From Promethearchaeia archaeon (GTDB lineage: Archaea > Asgardarchaeota > Lokiarchaeia > Sigyniarchaeales > SOKP01): DNA of 51,046 bases. The translations under genes were made by a program, and so were the position numbers. The DNA is taken from positions 1 to 51,046 of the forward strand of contig JAHQWH010000035.1 of assembly GCA_029856105.1 (NCBI GenBank), written 5' to 3'. Positions 21,440 to 31,081 of this stretch are shown in pieces (position 1 is the first letter of the stretch; every line of letters begins with the position of its first letter). Under the pieces are notes generated by a model. That model did not search any database. It saw only the letters and a program-made list of their open reading frames with translations, and was not told the DNA's origin.

Positions 21440-22129
21440 GTGGCTGATTTTGAACTAATTAATTCTATAATAATTGTAGCAACTCTTTTCATAATATATG
21501 GTGTTTTTTTATTTTTTGATCTATTCAAGAGAAACGAAAGATATGGTTATCTAGCTTACACCGTGGCTCTAATACCTATTAATGTTTTATGGTTTCTTCA
21601 ATTTGATGTTCTTGGCGTATATTTAATTTTGTTTATTCTTTGGATTTTCTGTTTATTGCGAGATTTATATGGTGTAACAAAAGAGAAAAAGGAAATTAAT
21701 GACATTGTTTTATACTTAGTTTTAGCAATTATAATTCAATTAATTTTAACTGCGATTTTACCAGTATCTATTCCTACAATGCAAACTAACACTACTCTCT
21801 ATTGGTTTTTTTATTTACCAGACACTTACACAAGTGCTTTTGCAATTGAAAGTTGGGTAAACTCCACCATGCTGTTTGCTTTTAGAGTTACAACATCTAT
21901 TTTGATTGGTTTAGTAATTGTTCCATTATTCGTAGATCTAAAGGGTGAGGATGTGCCTTTACCAGTTTTTATTATCATAATTGGTTTATTTATCCCCCCT
22001 TTTCTCTATTTAAGCTACGTTTGGTTGCCTGGAGCGATGCCAATGTTGACATTTCTTATGAGTGTGCTATTATTTATTCTACTACTACTAATGACTAAGA
22101 GCGGCAAGGAAGTTCAGAAAAAGAAATAA
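21440..22129 (+). CDS. Polytopic membrane protein of unknown function
   Basis: About 7 hydrophobic segments; GTG start. Confidence 0.8.
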   Translation: MADFELINSIIIVATLFIIYGVFLFFDLFKRNERYGYLAYTVALIPINVLWFLQFDVLGVYLILFILWIFCLLRDLYGVTKEKKEINDIVLYLVLAIIIQLILTAILPVSIPTMQTNTTLYWFFYLPDTYTSAFAIESWVNSTMLFAFRVTTSILIGLVIVPLFVDLKGEDVPLPVFIIIIGLFIPPFLYLSYVWLPGAMPMLTFLMSVLLFILLLLMTKSGKEVQKKK

Positions 22130-22230
22130 CTTTATATTTTTTATTTTTTTGTTATTATTTTTATAAATATTGGACAATAAATTATTGACATTACAATTAA
22201 AATTAAACTAATTTTGTGTTTGGTAAAATC

Positions 22231-23229
22231 ATGGCAAAAAAAAAAGTTGATTTAGAAGAAAATAGCAGTGAAGACGCAATAAAAACGGAAGTAAAATACG
22301 AACTAAAGGATTTACCGGGAGTAGGAGATGTTACGATAAAAAAGTTAAAGGACGCAGGAATTATCTCGATCAAATATCTTGCAATTTATCCAATTGCTAA
22401 GTTAATGGAGAAAGCGGGAATTGGAGAAAAAACAGCTCAAAAAATTGTTAAAGCTGCTCAAGACATTGAAAAAATGGGATTTAAAAGCGCTGACATTATT
22501 TGGGAAAAAAGAAAGCATTTGAATCGGTTAACCACAAGTAGTCATACGTTAGACGAATTATTAGCAGGGGGGCTTGAACCAGGTGCTTTGACGGAGTTTT
22601 ATGGAGAATATAGGACGGGAAAAACCCAAATAGCGCACCAACTCTGTGTAAACGTTCAATTACCATACGAAGAAGGGGGTCTTGAAGGTAATGCCCTTTA
22701 TATCGATTCGGAAGGAACTTTTAGACCTGAAAGAATAGTCCAAATGGCCGAAGCTAAAGATTTAGATCATAATCAAGTTTTACGGAATATTACTGTTGGG
22801 AGAGCTTATAATTCCGATCACCAAGTCCTGCTAGCACAAGAAGCATCAAAGATAATTAAAGAAAAGAATATCAAACTAATCGTTGTAGATTCAATAATTG
22901 GGCACTTTCGGAGCGAATATGTAGGAAGGGGCACTTTAGCAAATCGTCAACAAATACTCAACACTCACATACATGATTTGTTAAGGTTAACAGAAATATT
23001 TGACGAATTGGCAATAATGATTACAAACCAAGTTTCTTCGAAACCAGATGTATTCTATGGAAACCCAACAACTCATACTGGAGGGCATATAATGGCCCAC
23101 GGTGCTACGATAAGAGTTTATTTAAGAAAGGGAAAAGGAGAACAGAGAGTAGCAAAAATGGTTGACGCCCCCCATTTACCCGAAGGAGAAGCTGTATTCT
23201 CAATAACTGATGGTGGCATAAACGATTAA
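22231..23229 (+). CDS. radA: DNA repair and recombination protein RadA
   Basis: N-terminal HhH (LPGVG), GEYRTGKTQ, YIDSEGTFRPER, RAYNSDHQ, FRSEYVGRGTLANRQ and VDAPHLPEGEA. ATG at 22231 (the track starts at 22216). Confidence 0.97.
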   Translation: MAKKKVDLEENSSEDAIKTEVKYELKDLPGVGDVTIKKLKDAGIISIKYLAIYPIAKLMEKAGIGEKTAQKIVKAAQDIEKMGFKSADIIWEKRKHLNRLTTSSHTLDELLAGGLEPGALTEFYGEYRTGKTQIAHQLCVNVQLPYEEGGLEGNALYIDSEGTFRPERIVQMAEAKDLDHNQVLRNITVGRAYNSDHQVLLAQEASKIIKEKNIKLIVVDSIIGHFRSEYVGRGTLANRQQILNTHIHDLLRLTEIFDELAIMITNQVSSKPDVFYGNPTTHTGGHIMAHGATIRVYLRKGKGEQRVAKMVDAPHLPEGEAVFSITDGGIND

Positions 23230-23308
23230 ATCATGCACTTAAATTATTATTTGAAAAATCTAATTTATATACACATTAAAAAAGTTATAAAAGAAATAAT
23301 AAATAAAA

Positions 23309-23746
23309 CTAATAATTAACATTCACTTCAACATCAATACCTTCTCGAACGGCCTGAGTTACAACACAGTATTCTTCGAACATCTTTCTACATTGATCTG
23401 CTCTTTTACGAGCGTCAGGATCGCTAATTATAATATCAAGATCGACATCGATCTTTTTAACTCTCCAGAAACCTTTTTTGTTTCGAGCGATTGTTAGTTC
23501 TGCTTCAGCTTTCAAATCGTCTAAAGTAAGATTTCTCTTTTTTAAACAAAAGATAAAACTTGCGCTCAAACATCCTAATAAGGCTAATCCTAACATTCTT
23601 GTAGGGTTAGGGCCAAGCATGTCAACTTCATCTTTATTTGTATCGTCCACATAGCAATCTTTTACTTTCATATCCCCAAGGTCGCACGAAAATATCATTT
23701 CTTGTTCTAAAGACAATCCAACTTTGGTTTTCATTCCTTCAGACAT
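23309..23746 (-). CDS. OsmC-like family protein
   Basis: GPNP..ML..AL.GC and EEYCVVTQAV two-Cys signature. Confidence 0.88.
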   Translation of the reverse strand: MSEGMKTKVGLSLEQEMIFSCDLGDMKVKDCYVDDTNKDEVDMLGPNPTRMLGLALLGCLSASFIFCLKKRNLTLDDLKAEAELTIARNKKGFWRVKKIDVDLDIIISDPDARKRADQCRKMFEEYCVVTQAVREGIDVEVNVNY

Positions 23747-23894
23747 ATAAGATCACATTTATATTAATTTTTTTAGGTATAAATAGTTTAATTTGCATCT
23801 ACTTTGTAGGATATAATTTAAAACTAACATCTAACTCTTAAATTTATTTCATTTAATTTATAAGATGTAGGAATCGATTATATTCTGGCTAAAT

Positions 23895-24488
23895 TTAATC
23901 TGAAGATTCAATTCTTTTTAATAGAAAGTGTCTATACAAATGGAAACATAAAAATATAAAATATATGAATATAAAAAAAATATATTGAAACGCAAAAATA
24001 ATCGTAAATATCACCATAAGTACAAATAAAATAACTTCAATTCCTAAACAAATCTTACTACTATAATATTTTTCATCAAAAAAGGATTCGGGTTTCTTAT
24101 ATTTAGTTAAGTATTTGGGAAGATTGTTAAATTCTTTTTTTGATATTAATAGTTTTAATCCAACTTGTTTTTTTTGAAAGTAGAAAAAGTTAGTACCCCA
24201 ATCAAAAGTATCTATAATAATATGTGTAGAATATGCGATACCACTGAATAACAATGCGGGCCAATTAGAAATGATTCCAATTACTATGACAAAGAGACTA
24301 GGAATTATTGAATGAGAAATAAGCATTCTGTGATTATGCTCTTTAGCGTATTGGGAAAAAAAGACATCGAAATCACAGATAAAAGAAAGTAAAAGGATGA
24401 GGAAATATTCAAACAAAGAAAAGCTGTAGAAATAGTTTAAAATTGAAGTAAATATTACACCTGCGGCAAAATGACTGTTTATGTGCAT
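23895..24488 (-). CDS. YdjM-like membrane metal-dependent hydrolase
   Basis: SH, DFD, HR..SHS and H...D motifs between TM helices. Confidence 0.75.
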   Translation of the reverse strand: MHINSHFAAGVIFTSILNYFYSFSLFEYFLILLLSFICDFDVFFSQYAKEHNHRMLISHSIIPSLFVIVIGIISNWPALLFSGIAYSTHIIIDTFDWGTNFFYFQKKQVGLKLLISKKEFNNLPKYLTKYKKPESFFDEKYYSSKICLGIEVILFVLMVIFTIIFAFQYIFFIFIYFIFLCFHLYRHFLLKRIESSD

Positions 24489-24508
24489 TATTTTAACCTA
24501 AAAAAGAT

Positions 24509-25519
24509 TTAATTGATATAATTTCTACTTTCTAACCTTTTTATAACTTTATTTTTCGTTTCGAATCCCGTTGGACCTTTCTTTTCAATTAGAAAAGATG
24601 CTGCCGCTGATGCGACGTATCCTGCACTTTCAACGGCATTCCATGACTTATCAGAATTGATTAGTTCATATAAAAAGATTGCTAAATATATATCACCTGC
24701 TCCAGTTTCATCCACAACAGTTTTTGGTTTAAAAGCCGGGATTTTTAATAGTTTTTCTCCATTCTTTAATATCATTGATCCTCCTTCTCCCAGTGTCATG
24801 ATGTATATAGCCTTATTTTCAAATCTCTTAAAAGATTCCATTACTTTTTGTAAGTCTGTTTCACCAGATAATAGTTTCATTTCAATCTCAGACCCTTTTA
24901 GAATTAATCGATCACCTATTAAGCTAATTATTTTTTTCATGTTAGCAATAATTGCTTCATCTGAGATGTAAGATATTTTCCCATCATCATCAATATTTCT
25001 AATAAATCCTTGTAAATCAATTCCTATAAAAGCATTTGGAAATTCTACTAATATTTTTGATACATAATCATAAGAAACTTCATTACACAAAGGAACTAAC
25101 ACGATAATATTCGGAATGTTTGTTTTATAAAATTCAGGGATATCTTTAAATCTTAGATTAGGACTTCTAGATTTGAGGGTTAGTGTTCTTGAATGATTTG
25201 AATAATCTAATACAAAATTAGTGTTCTCAGTTTCAAACGATTTCACACCGCTAATATTTATAGACTTGTTATCAAAATGTTTTAATAAGGATTTATCAAA
25301 ATTTATAATCCCTAAATTTGAGATAATACCAATCTTCGTTGATTTTGTGTATTTTCTAAGCCCTAACGAGCCAAAAGTAACACTTCCACCTAAAGAGGGT
25401 TTCCGTTTTTGTTTAAATCGAATAATACTGTCGATAGCTATGTGTCCAATGAATAAAACTGATAACGAATTTTTCATATGAATAGCCATCTTTTCTTCAT
25501 TTAATTTCTTATCGCACAA
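24509..25519 (-). CDS. PfkB-family carbohydrate kinase
   Basis: GHIAID, GGS, TLGEGG and VVDETGAGD. The exact start is uncertain. Confidence 0.92.
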   Translation of the reverse strand: MCDKKLNEEKMAIHMKNSLSVLFIGHIAIDSIIRFKQKRKPSLGGSVTFGSLGLRKYTKSTKIGIISNLGIINFDKSLLKHFDNKSINISGVKSFETENTNFVLDYSNHSRTLTLKSRSPNLRFKDIPEFYKTNIPNIIVLVPLCNEVSYDYVSKILVEFPNAFIGIDLQGFIRNIDDDGKISYISDEAIIANMKKIISLIGDRLILKGSEIEMKLLSGETDLQKVMESFKRFENKAIYIMTLGEGGSMILKNGEKLLKIPAFKPKTVVDETGAGDIYLAIFLYELINSDKSWNAVESAGYVASAAASFLIEKKGPTGFETKNKVIKRLESRNYIN

Positions 25520-25641
25520 AGAACTTACTTAATTATATTATTTGAAACTTTTGGTTATGATTTAAAATAAAATCTATTTAAGAAAGTACTTCATTCTTAA
25601 AAATGAGAAAAGACTTAATAAATTTGCAAAAAATCAATTAA

Positions 25642-26763
25642 CTACATTTGATTAACTTGTTTATTTAATTCTGAAATTATATTATCTTTCTCAGTAATAA
25701 TTGATTTTAATTTGTTTATATTTTTCTGTAGATTTTCGACTAATTCTGGCATTGATCCAGCAGAAACCGCAGTTGGGGCCAACTTTGATAATTTTAAGTC
25801 TGTTATTATAGCTTCTTTTTCTCGTATTTTACTTTCAAGGTCTATTATTTTTTGTTCGATGTTTTGGGTGGCAATCTTCGTTGCTTCTATATCCCTAACA
25901 ACAAGAGAACTTTGTATTTCTTCAAGATCTTTCTTAAGGGATTTGTTTTCTTCTTTCAATGATTCCAAATCTTGAGAGCTAAATTGGAATCCTTTTTCTT
26001 CTAAAGCATTCTTAAGTTGCGATTTCTCTTCGGTTAATTTTTCAATCACTCGTTTGTATTTGGTTAAATCCGATTGTAGATCTTTACATAAAATTTCAAG
26101 TGGCATTGACGACGGTTCATGAGGGAGTGGTTTGATAACGGTAGGTTCGGGGGTTTTAGGAGGTTCTACTTGGAGTACATAGTCTACAGGATCTTCTTTC
26201 ATTTTTTCAACTAATTGCTTATTTAGTGAGTTAATCTCTTCCGATAATGCTGAAATTTTTGACTCTAGATTTGTTGCGTTAGATTTCCTTTTATTTAAAT
26301 CAGATTGCAGCTCCTCAACCAACGCGCTATTTATCGGAGTAGTTGGTCCTGATGTAGAAATCCCCGTTGTTTGCAGTTGAGATATTAGACTATCCTTGGC
26401 TTTAATTTCTTCGTCCTTTTCTAACAAGAGCTTTATCATACTTGTTGCTTTACTACTAAGCTCTGAATTTTCGACCTCTAATTCGTTCATTTTTATGCTT
26501 ATTTCAGCTACCGCCTCTTCTTTCTCTACTTTTAATTTTTCTTTTTCATTAACAACACTTTTAAGGATTTCCTCAGACCGGGTTATCAAATTAATATTAG
26601 CAGAAATTTTTTTTCTTAAATCTTCGTTTTCTTTTTGTAAAGATTCTATTTTTTTTATTGACTCTCCTATTAACGAAGAAGTATTTTCTGTTGTGATTTT
26701 TTTTTTCCACAAAGAGATGAAGTCAACTTTCTCATCGGGTTGAATTTTTTTATTTTCTGACAT
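25642..26763 (-). CDS. Long coiled-coil protein
   Basis: Heptad-rich in E/K/L, interrupted by Pro/Ser/Thr linkers. Confidence 0.8.
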   Translation of the reverse strand: MSENKKIQPDEKVDFISLWKKKITTENTSSLIGESIKKIESLQKENEDLRKKISANINLITRSEEILKSVVNEKEKLKVEKEEAVAEISIKMNELEVENSELSSKATSMIKLLLEKDEEIKAKDSLISQLQTTGISTSGPTTPINSALVEELQSDLNKRKSNATNLESKISALSEEINSLNKQLVEKMKEDPVDYVLQVEPPKTPEPTVIKPLPHEPSSMPLEILCKDLQSDLTKYKRVIEKLTEEKSQLKNALEEKGFQFSSQDLESLKEENKSLKKDLEEIQSSLVVRDIEATKIATQNIEQKIIDLESKIREKEAIITDLKLSKLAPTAVSAGSMPELVENLQKNINKLKSIITEKDNIISELNKQVNQM

Positions 26764-27109
26764 AAACCTTTTTATTATTATAATTATTGTTAATATAATT
26801 TTTTTAATTATTAATTTTTCTCTTTCTAAGAGAAAAATCTTCCTAATTCGATATTTGACCTTTTTCAGTCTCTTTCTCGGGAGCTTTTGGTTTTAGATTT
26901 TAATTTTAACAACAAAAATAACGACAATAAAAAAAACAAAAAAATGGAGTTAGAATTATAAAAAAAAAATACAGGTAGATGCTATGAATTTTCTACTTCT
27001 GAATTTTGTAAAAACTTTTTGAAAAATTTACTTGAGGAATGTGGTGACTTGCTTAGAAGTCTCAAAACAAAATAATAAAAAAAGAAAATCTACAAAAAAA
27101 ATAGATTAA

Positions 27110-27832
27110 TTATAGATATTTAAAATAGGTAGAAGCGTCGAACTTCTTGTAAAGTTCGTAAACTTCTTTGAGGATGTCCTTTTCGTTGGGTTTTGGCTTC
27201 TTTACGTAAGAGATTTTGACGTTATGGTTCTTGTACAATACGATTTTAAGGTTTTTTGCGATGGCGTAAGGTTCATAGCGTTCAATTTGCTTAAAATCAA
27301 TATCCTCTTGTTTACGGATCGGATAGTCCAAGTAAGAAAACAGCTCTCTTAAATTAGATACGAGGCTTCTTACGTCATATATGTGGTATAAGTGAAATTT
27401 AAGAAATCCAGAATATGACTGCAAGTGCAATCTGTTTGCGTTTTTTCCCGTGAGCTTTCTGATCTCCTCAGCGTTTTCTATCGTTTTATAGTTCTGCAGG
27501 TGTCTCGAGTTGACGATCTGTGTTATCCTATCTTCTATTGTTTTGCTTGAAAAGTAGTTCTTATAGCGTTCTTCTATGGTTTCTATTGAATCGCGGTAAA
27601 TATCTATTTCTAGTTCCCTTATTTTAGTAGTATCGAGGTTAAACTTGTTGTATTTCTCTTTAAGTTGATAGGACTTCTCCCTCCGTATTTTAGATAACAT
27701 TTTAGAGATGTTGTTGTATTCGAAATCGTATTTTTTTAGCAATTGCTCAAATTCTCCTGTAAATTCTTCTAACATGCCTTTAGCCTTAACTTTTTCAACA
27801 ACTGTCATAGTGATATATAAACATCTACTCAA
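27110..27832 (-). CDS. Hypothetical protein
   Basis: 240-aa ORF with no motif recognised. Confidence 0.65.
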   Translation of the reverse strand: MSRCLYITMTVVEKVKAKGMLEEFTGEFEQLLKKYDFEYNNISKMLSKIRREKSYQLKEKYNKFNLDTTKIRELEIDIYRDSIETIEERYKNYFSSKTIEDRITQIVNSRHLQNYKTIENAEEIRKLTGKNANRLHLQSYSGFLKFHLYHIYDVRSLVSNLRELFSYLDYPIRKQEDIDFKQIERYEPYAIAKNLKIVLYKNHNVKISYVKKPKPNEKDILKEVYELYKKFDASTYFKYL

Positions 27833-28389
27833 GAAATTAAAAATAAGGTGGCTAAAGATTTACTGAATTATATAACCCTTCTAAGTTAGCTCTAAACAGT
27901 ATTGATAAGCCATTTAACCATAACTACCCCTGATTCGCTTTATTAAAGGTCTGGAACTTGTTATATCTCTGAAAATAGTTAGCTTTACTCACGCTTAGAA
28001 AAAGTAAATGTGGTGACTTTCGATAGTGCACTTTTATCTCGGCAATTTTTCCCGTCCTGAACTAATGGATTTAACTTAATGTTTTGAATTCGCATGTTAA
28101 AATTTAAAAGAAAAAAAAGTATCAGGTAAAAAATCGAATATTAAATTTTATTGGATGATAATGTGCTAACTCTTGTTCCGATTAGATAAGGATTAACATA
28201 ATAATTTGAAGAAAATTTTGGTTTGGTCTTTGTAAACAAAACGTAAACGCTTAAATAGCGATGTTTTCTTTTATTCTATTGTAGACAAAGCGTTTACTGG
28301 GCAAAAAAAATAAAAATAAAAAATAAAAGAGCGAAATAAAAACGATTTTCGATTATATCAACGATAGAACCGGATTTGCCGAAGGAGAT

Positions 28390-28641
28390 TTGTTTGAAAA
28401 CGACGAGGAGCTTAAAGCCTATTTTACGGTTGGCAACGTGAAAGCGAAGTTTGGGGCGGATTACGAAATAACTCAAGCCGAATTAGACGAAATGGTTAGG
28501 CTGGTAATTTCAAACAAATGGCACGTGAAAAAAGATAAGTCCCGCGTGTTTTCTGTCAGAATTTCCCAAAACGCGACTCAAGAAGCCACTAAGAACAAGT
28601 TAAAGGAGCTCGTTAAGCGAATCAAAGAGTTTCAAAACTAA
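28390..28641 (+). CDS. Small hypothetical protein, start uncertain
   Basis: The frame stays open about 20 codons upstream of the TTG without an ATG, so the 5' end may be degraded. Confidence 0.5.
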   Translation: MFENDEELKAYFTVGNVKAKFGADYEITQAELDEMVRLVISNKWHVKKDKSRVFSVRISQNATQEATKNKLKELVKRIKEFQN

Positions 28642-28672
28642 AGGTCTAAGACGATAGAATAAGGTATAAAAG

Positions 28673-29166
28673 ATGGAAGACAAACCGGAAAAGCCTGAAA
28701 AGCCTGAAAAGCCTGAAAAGCGAACAAAAGTTTGCGAACACTGCGGGAAAGTTTTTACCCCGAACGCAAACAATCAAAAATTCTGCAAAGAAAGTTGTAA
28801 GAGCGCTAAATATCGAATAGAAAACAAAGAAAAAATAGCCAAGCGCGTTAAGAAGTATCGAGAAGCCAACAAAGAAAAGATTGCTGCTCAAAAAAAAAGG
28901 TATTATCAAGACAATAAAAACAAATTTGCTGAGCGTACTAAAAAGTACCGAGAAAAAAAAAAGGCAAAGTAGCTGAGCTAAATAAAAAGCAGGCGAGAAT
29001 TTGCGAATATTGCGAGGAGTTATTCCTTCCAAATAGCGCTAAGCAAAGGTTCTGCAAAAATCTCTGTAGTAGGACCAAAAATCGAATAGAAAACCAAGAA
29101 AAAATCGCTGAGTATAATAGAAGTTACTACGAAAAAAACAAAAAAAAAGGATCGGATAGCATGTAA
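28673..29166 (+). CDS. Tandem CxxC-CxxxC zinc finger + basic helical repeat protein, split by a -1 frameshift
   Basis: ORF 28673-28972 encodes CEHC..FCKESC + YREANKEKI repeats. A second homologous unit (CEYC..FCKNLC..ENQEKIAEYNRSYYEKN) continues in the -1 frame after the A10 run at 28953-28962, ending at TAA 29164-29166. Confidence 0.7.
28685..28720. repeat. 9-bp coding tandem repeat (CCTGAAAAG x4, encoding PEK)
   Basis: Read directly; the first unit is CCGGAAAAG. Confidence 0.95.
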
Positions 29167-29191
29167 ACTAAAGAAAAAAGGGAAAATAGTT

Positions 29192-30043
29192 TTATTTTAT
29201 AAAATTATGTTTCTTCAATCTTTTTTGCGAACAATATTGAGCGATTTCTTTAGGGGGTTTGCCTAGTAATAGAAACCCTGCTAAGTCGGCAAATCTAGCA
29301 AAAACGCCACGATGTTTGTTTGAGTAACATACTAAGATATCTAATAGATTTTTAAAACGAGAAACAAAAAGATCTCCAGAAAACGCATACTCAAGTAGAT
29401 CGGGATCAGAGTAACCTTGCCCAACGAAGAAGAATTCTTCTAATTGTTCAATAAGTTTTTTTACTATACTTGGACTTACGCTAACGAGTCCGATACTGGT
29501 TACTGGTTTTTCAGATTTAAAGGCTCTCAGTACTTGGTCAATAGTCCCGCCGTCATCAAATATATCTAGATAATTACCAAGAACTCTTTCTAATTCTTTA
29601 ATTCGTTCTGGTGAACAGTATTTTGCTACGTCTTTAAGAGGTTTTCCAGACAAAACACGTGATAAATCGGAAAATCTATCAAACTGACCGTTATATCTTT
29701 TTGCGTAATATGTTGCGACGTCGAGGAGGTCTTTAAATCGAGAGACAAGTATTACTCCGAATAGTTTAGATTCTTTGGGCTCAGAGTAAAAATAAACTTC
29801 TCCAACAAAGAAAAAATCTTCTAAAGCTTCTATAAGTTTTGTCCTTCGCTCTGTTTTTCTATCGTATAGTTTGACATATGCTACTGGTATTTTAAAATTA
29901 AACGATTTTATTATCTGGTCTTTCAATTTAGGCTCTTTAAGCAAGTCAAGATAGTTATCGAGAGCAATTCCTAAACTTCTAACCCTCTCCTCGCTTATAG
30001 AAAAAGTTTTCAGAAGTTTCTTGACTTCAGACTTACATTTCAT
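29192..30043 (-). CDS. Hypothetical protein made of two tandem ~130-aa repeats
   Basis: Duplicated S.ER...L.NYLD...KLIE.LE.FFFVG...VSRFK.LLD...F.RF.DL...GKP.K..A.YC. ATG at 30043 (the track starts at 30091). Confidence 0.8.
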   Translation of the reverse strand: MKCKSEVKKLLKTFSISEERVRSLGIALDNYLDLLKEPKLKDQIIKSFNFKIPVAYVKLYDRKTERRTKLIEALEDFFFVGEVYFYSEPKESKLFGVILVSRFKDLLDVATYYAKRYNGQFDRFSDLSRVLSGKPLKDVAKYCSPERIKELERVLGNYLDIFDDGGTIDQVLRAFKSEKPVTSIGLVSVSPSIVKKLIEQLEEFFFVGQGYSDPDLLEYAFSGDLFVSRFKNLLDILVCYSNKHRGVFARFADLAGFLLLGKPPKEIAQYCSQKRLKKHNFIK

Positions 30044-30509
30044 AGCAATAAAAAGGCAGAAAGCATCGAATTTAAACGAGGTCGGATGCATGGATTAGTT
30101 ATTTGTGGGGTATTCTAAGTTAAAAACTTTGATATTTCTATAATTTTTAAAATAAAACGATAATTCAGAAAAAAAAGGTTTTTAAAATCGGACATACTAT
30201 TTTTATCGGACTTTTTCGCGTAAGCCATAACTCCCATTAGTTAAGGATTAATAACAAAAGTCTGAAAATTTTCGATCGAGAAAACGATATTATATAAAAA
30301 GGAAAAATTCCGGCGATATAGTAAACCGGCTAAGTGAAAAGATTTAAATAGTCGCCAAATAATAGTTATTTCAAAGAAAGATAAAATTCGACCGATTTGA
30401 TCAAGTCTTTTGAGTTTTAATCTGTCGCTAAGTTAAATTTGAAGGATAAGATAAGGTAAGTTAAAATAATAAAAATAAGATAGGGAAAAAATAACAAAAC
30501 AAAAAAAAT

Positions 30510-30629
30510 GACTCCTGCCCCACCCTGGATTTTTGTCTTTTGGTAGTGCGCGAAGCACTCTATACTCCCCCTATTTTGTTTTTGACCTTCTTATTAGGTC
30601 GAGGCGGCAGGAGTTTCCTTTCTACTCCT
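30510..30629. ncRNA. Putative structured RNA / cis element (about 105-120 nt)
   Basis: Closing stem ACTCCTGCC (30511-19)/GGCAGGAGT (30606-14), with inner hairpins AGTGC-GCGAA-GCACT (30545-59) and GACCT-N7-AGGTC (30584-600). It is a GC-rich patch between divergent genes. Strand not determined. Confidence 0.5.
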
Positions 30630-30762
30630 TTTTTGTTTCTTGCTTGTTTAAAATTTTTTATCCTGATACAATCAAATTTAGAATTTTTATCGGTGGGTAC
30701 CAAAGCGTTACTAACCGAAAATATTTCTTTTTCTTTATATAGGTTAAACTTTAGTAGTAGTT

Positions 30763-31038
30763 ATGATAGAAAATTCAAAAGCTATTATTAAGATAAAGTA
30801 CGAACGAGACGGAGTTAGGAGGGCTATCTACGGGGAGATCGGCAAAAACAAGTTAGAAGGGCTGTTCGCGGAAGAGGAGAGTTTTATATGCCTTCAAAAC
30901 GATGGCGAGATAAGGTGGGTAGACAAAGAAGCTATTTTGAGCGTTTCCGAGCTCGAAGCAAAATCGCTCTTGTACGAAAAAGACGAGTTAGAAAACAAAT
31001 CTTTCGCAGTAAAAAAAGAATCTAGAATCGCGCCTTAG
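30763..31038 (+). CDS. Small protein with putative Sm/Hfq-like fold
   Basis: IKIKYERDG..AIYGEI resembles Sm1 and FICLQNDGEIRWVDKEAILSV resembles Sm2/Hfq YKHAI. The fold is inferred by eye. Confidence 0.5.
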   Translation: MIENSKAIIKIKYERDGVRRAIYGEIGKNKLEGLFAEEESFICLQNDGEIRWVDKEAILSVSELEAKSLLYEKDELENKSFAVKKESRIAP

Positions 31039-31081
31039 TTACGGTTAGACAAATTGATTTTCGAATAAGTCGAATAAGCGA

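Noticed and set aside
2995-26743. Short ORFs antisense to or nested in long genes (e.g. 2995-3327, 3532-3750, 4122-4376, 4987-5695, 16458-19332 set, 20057-20359, 24657-26743 set)
   Set aside because: Shadow ORFs of well-supported genes with no motifs.
28294-29032. Minus-strand ORFs 28294-28476 and 28646-29032 (Phe-rich, membrane-like)
   Set aside because: Reverse complements of A/Lys-rich + strand sequence.
30510-30615. Structured element as tRNA, 5S rRNA or SRP RNA
   Set aside because: No T-loop/anticodon cloverleaf and no 5S or SRP conserved motifs recognised.
30533-30791. Two short + strand ORFs over the structured element
   Set aside because: TTG starts and Phe/Leu bias from T-tracts; better explained as non-coding sequence.
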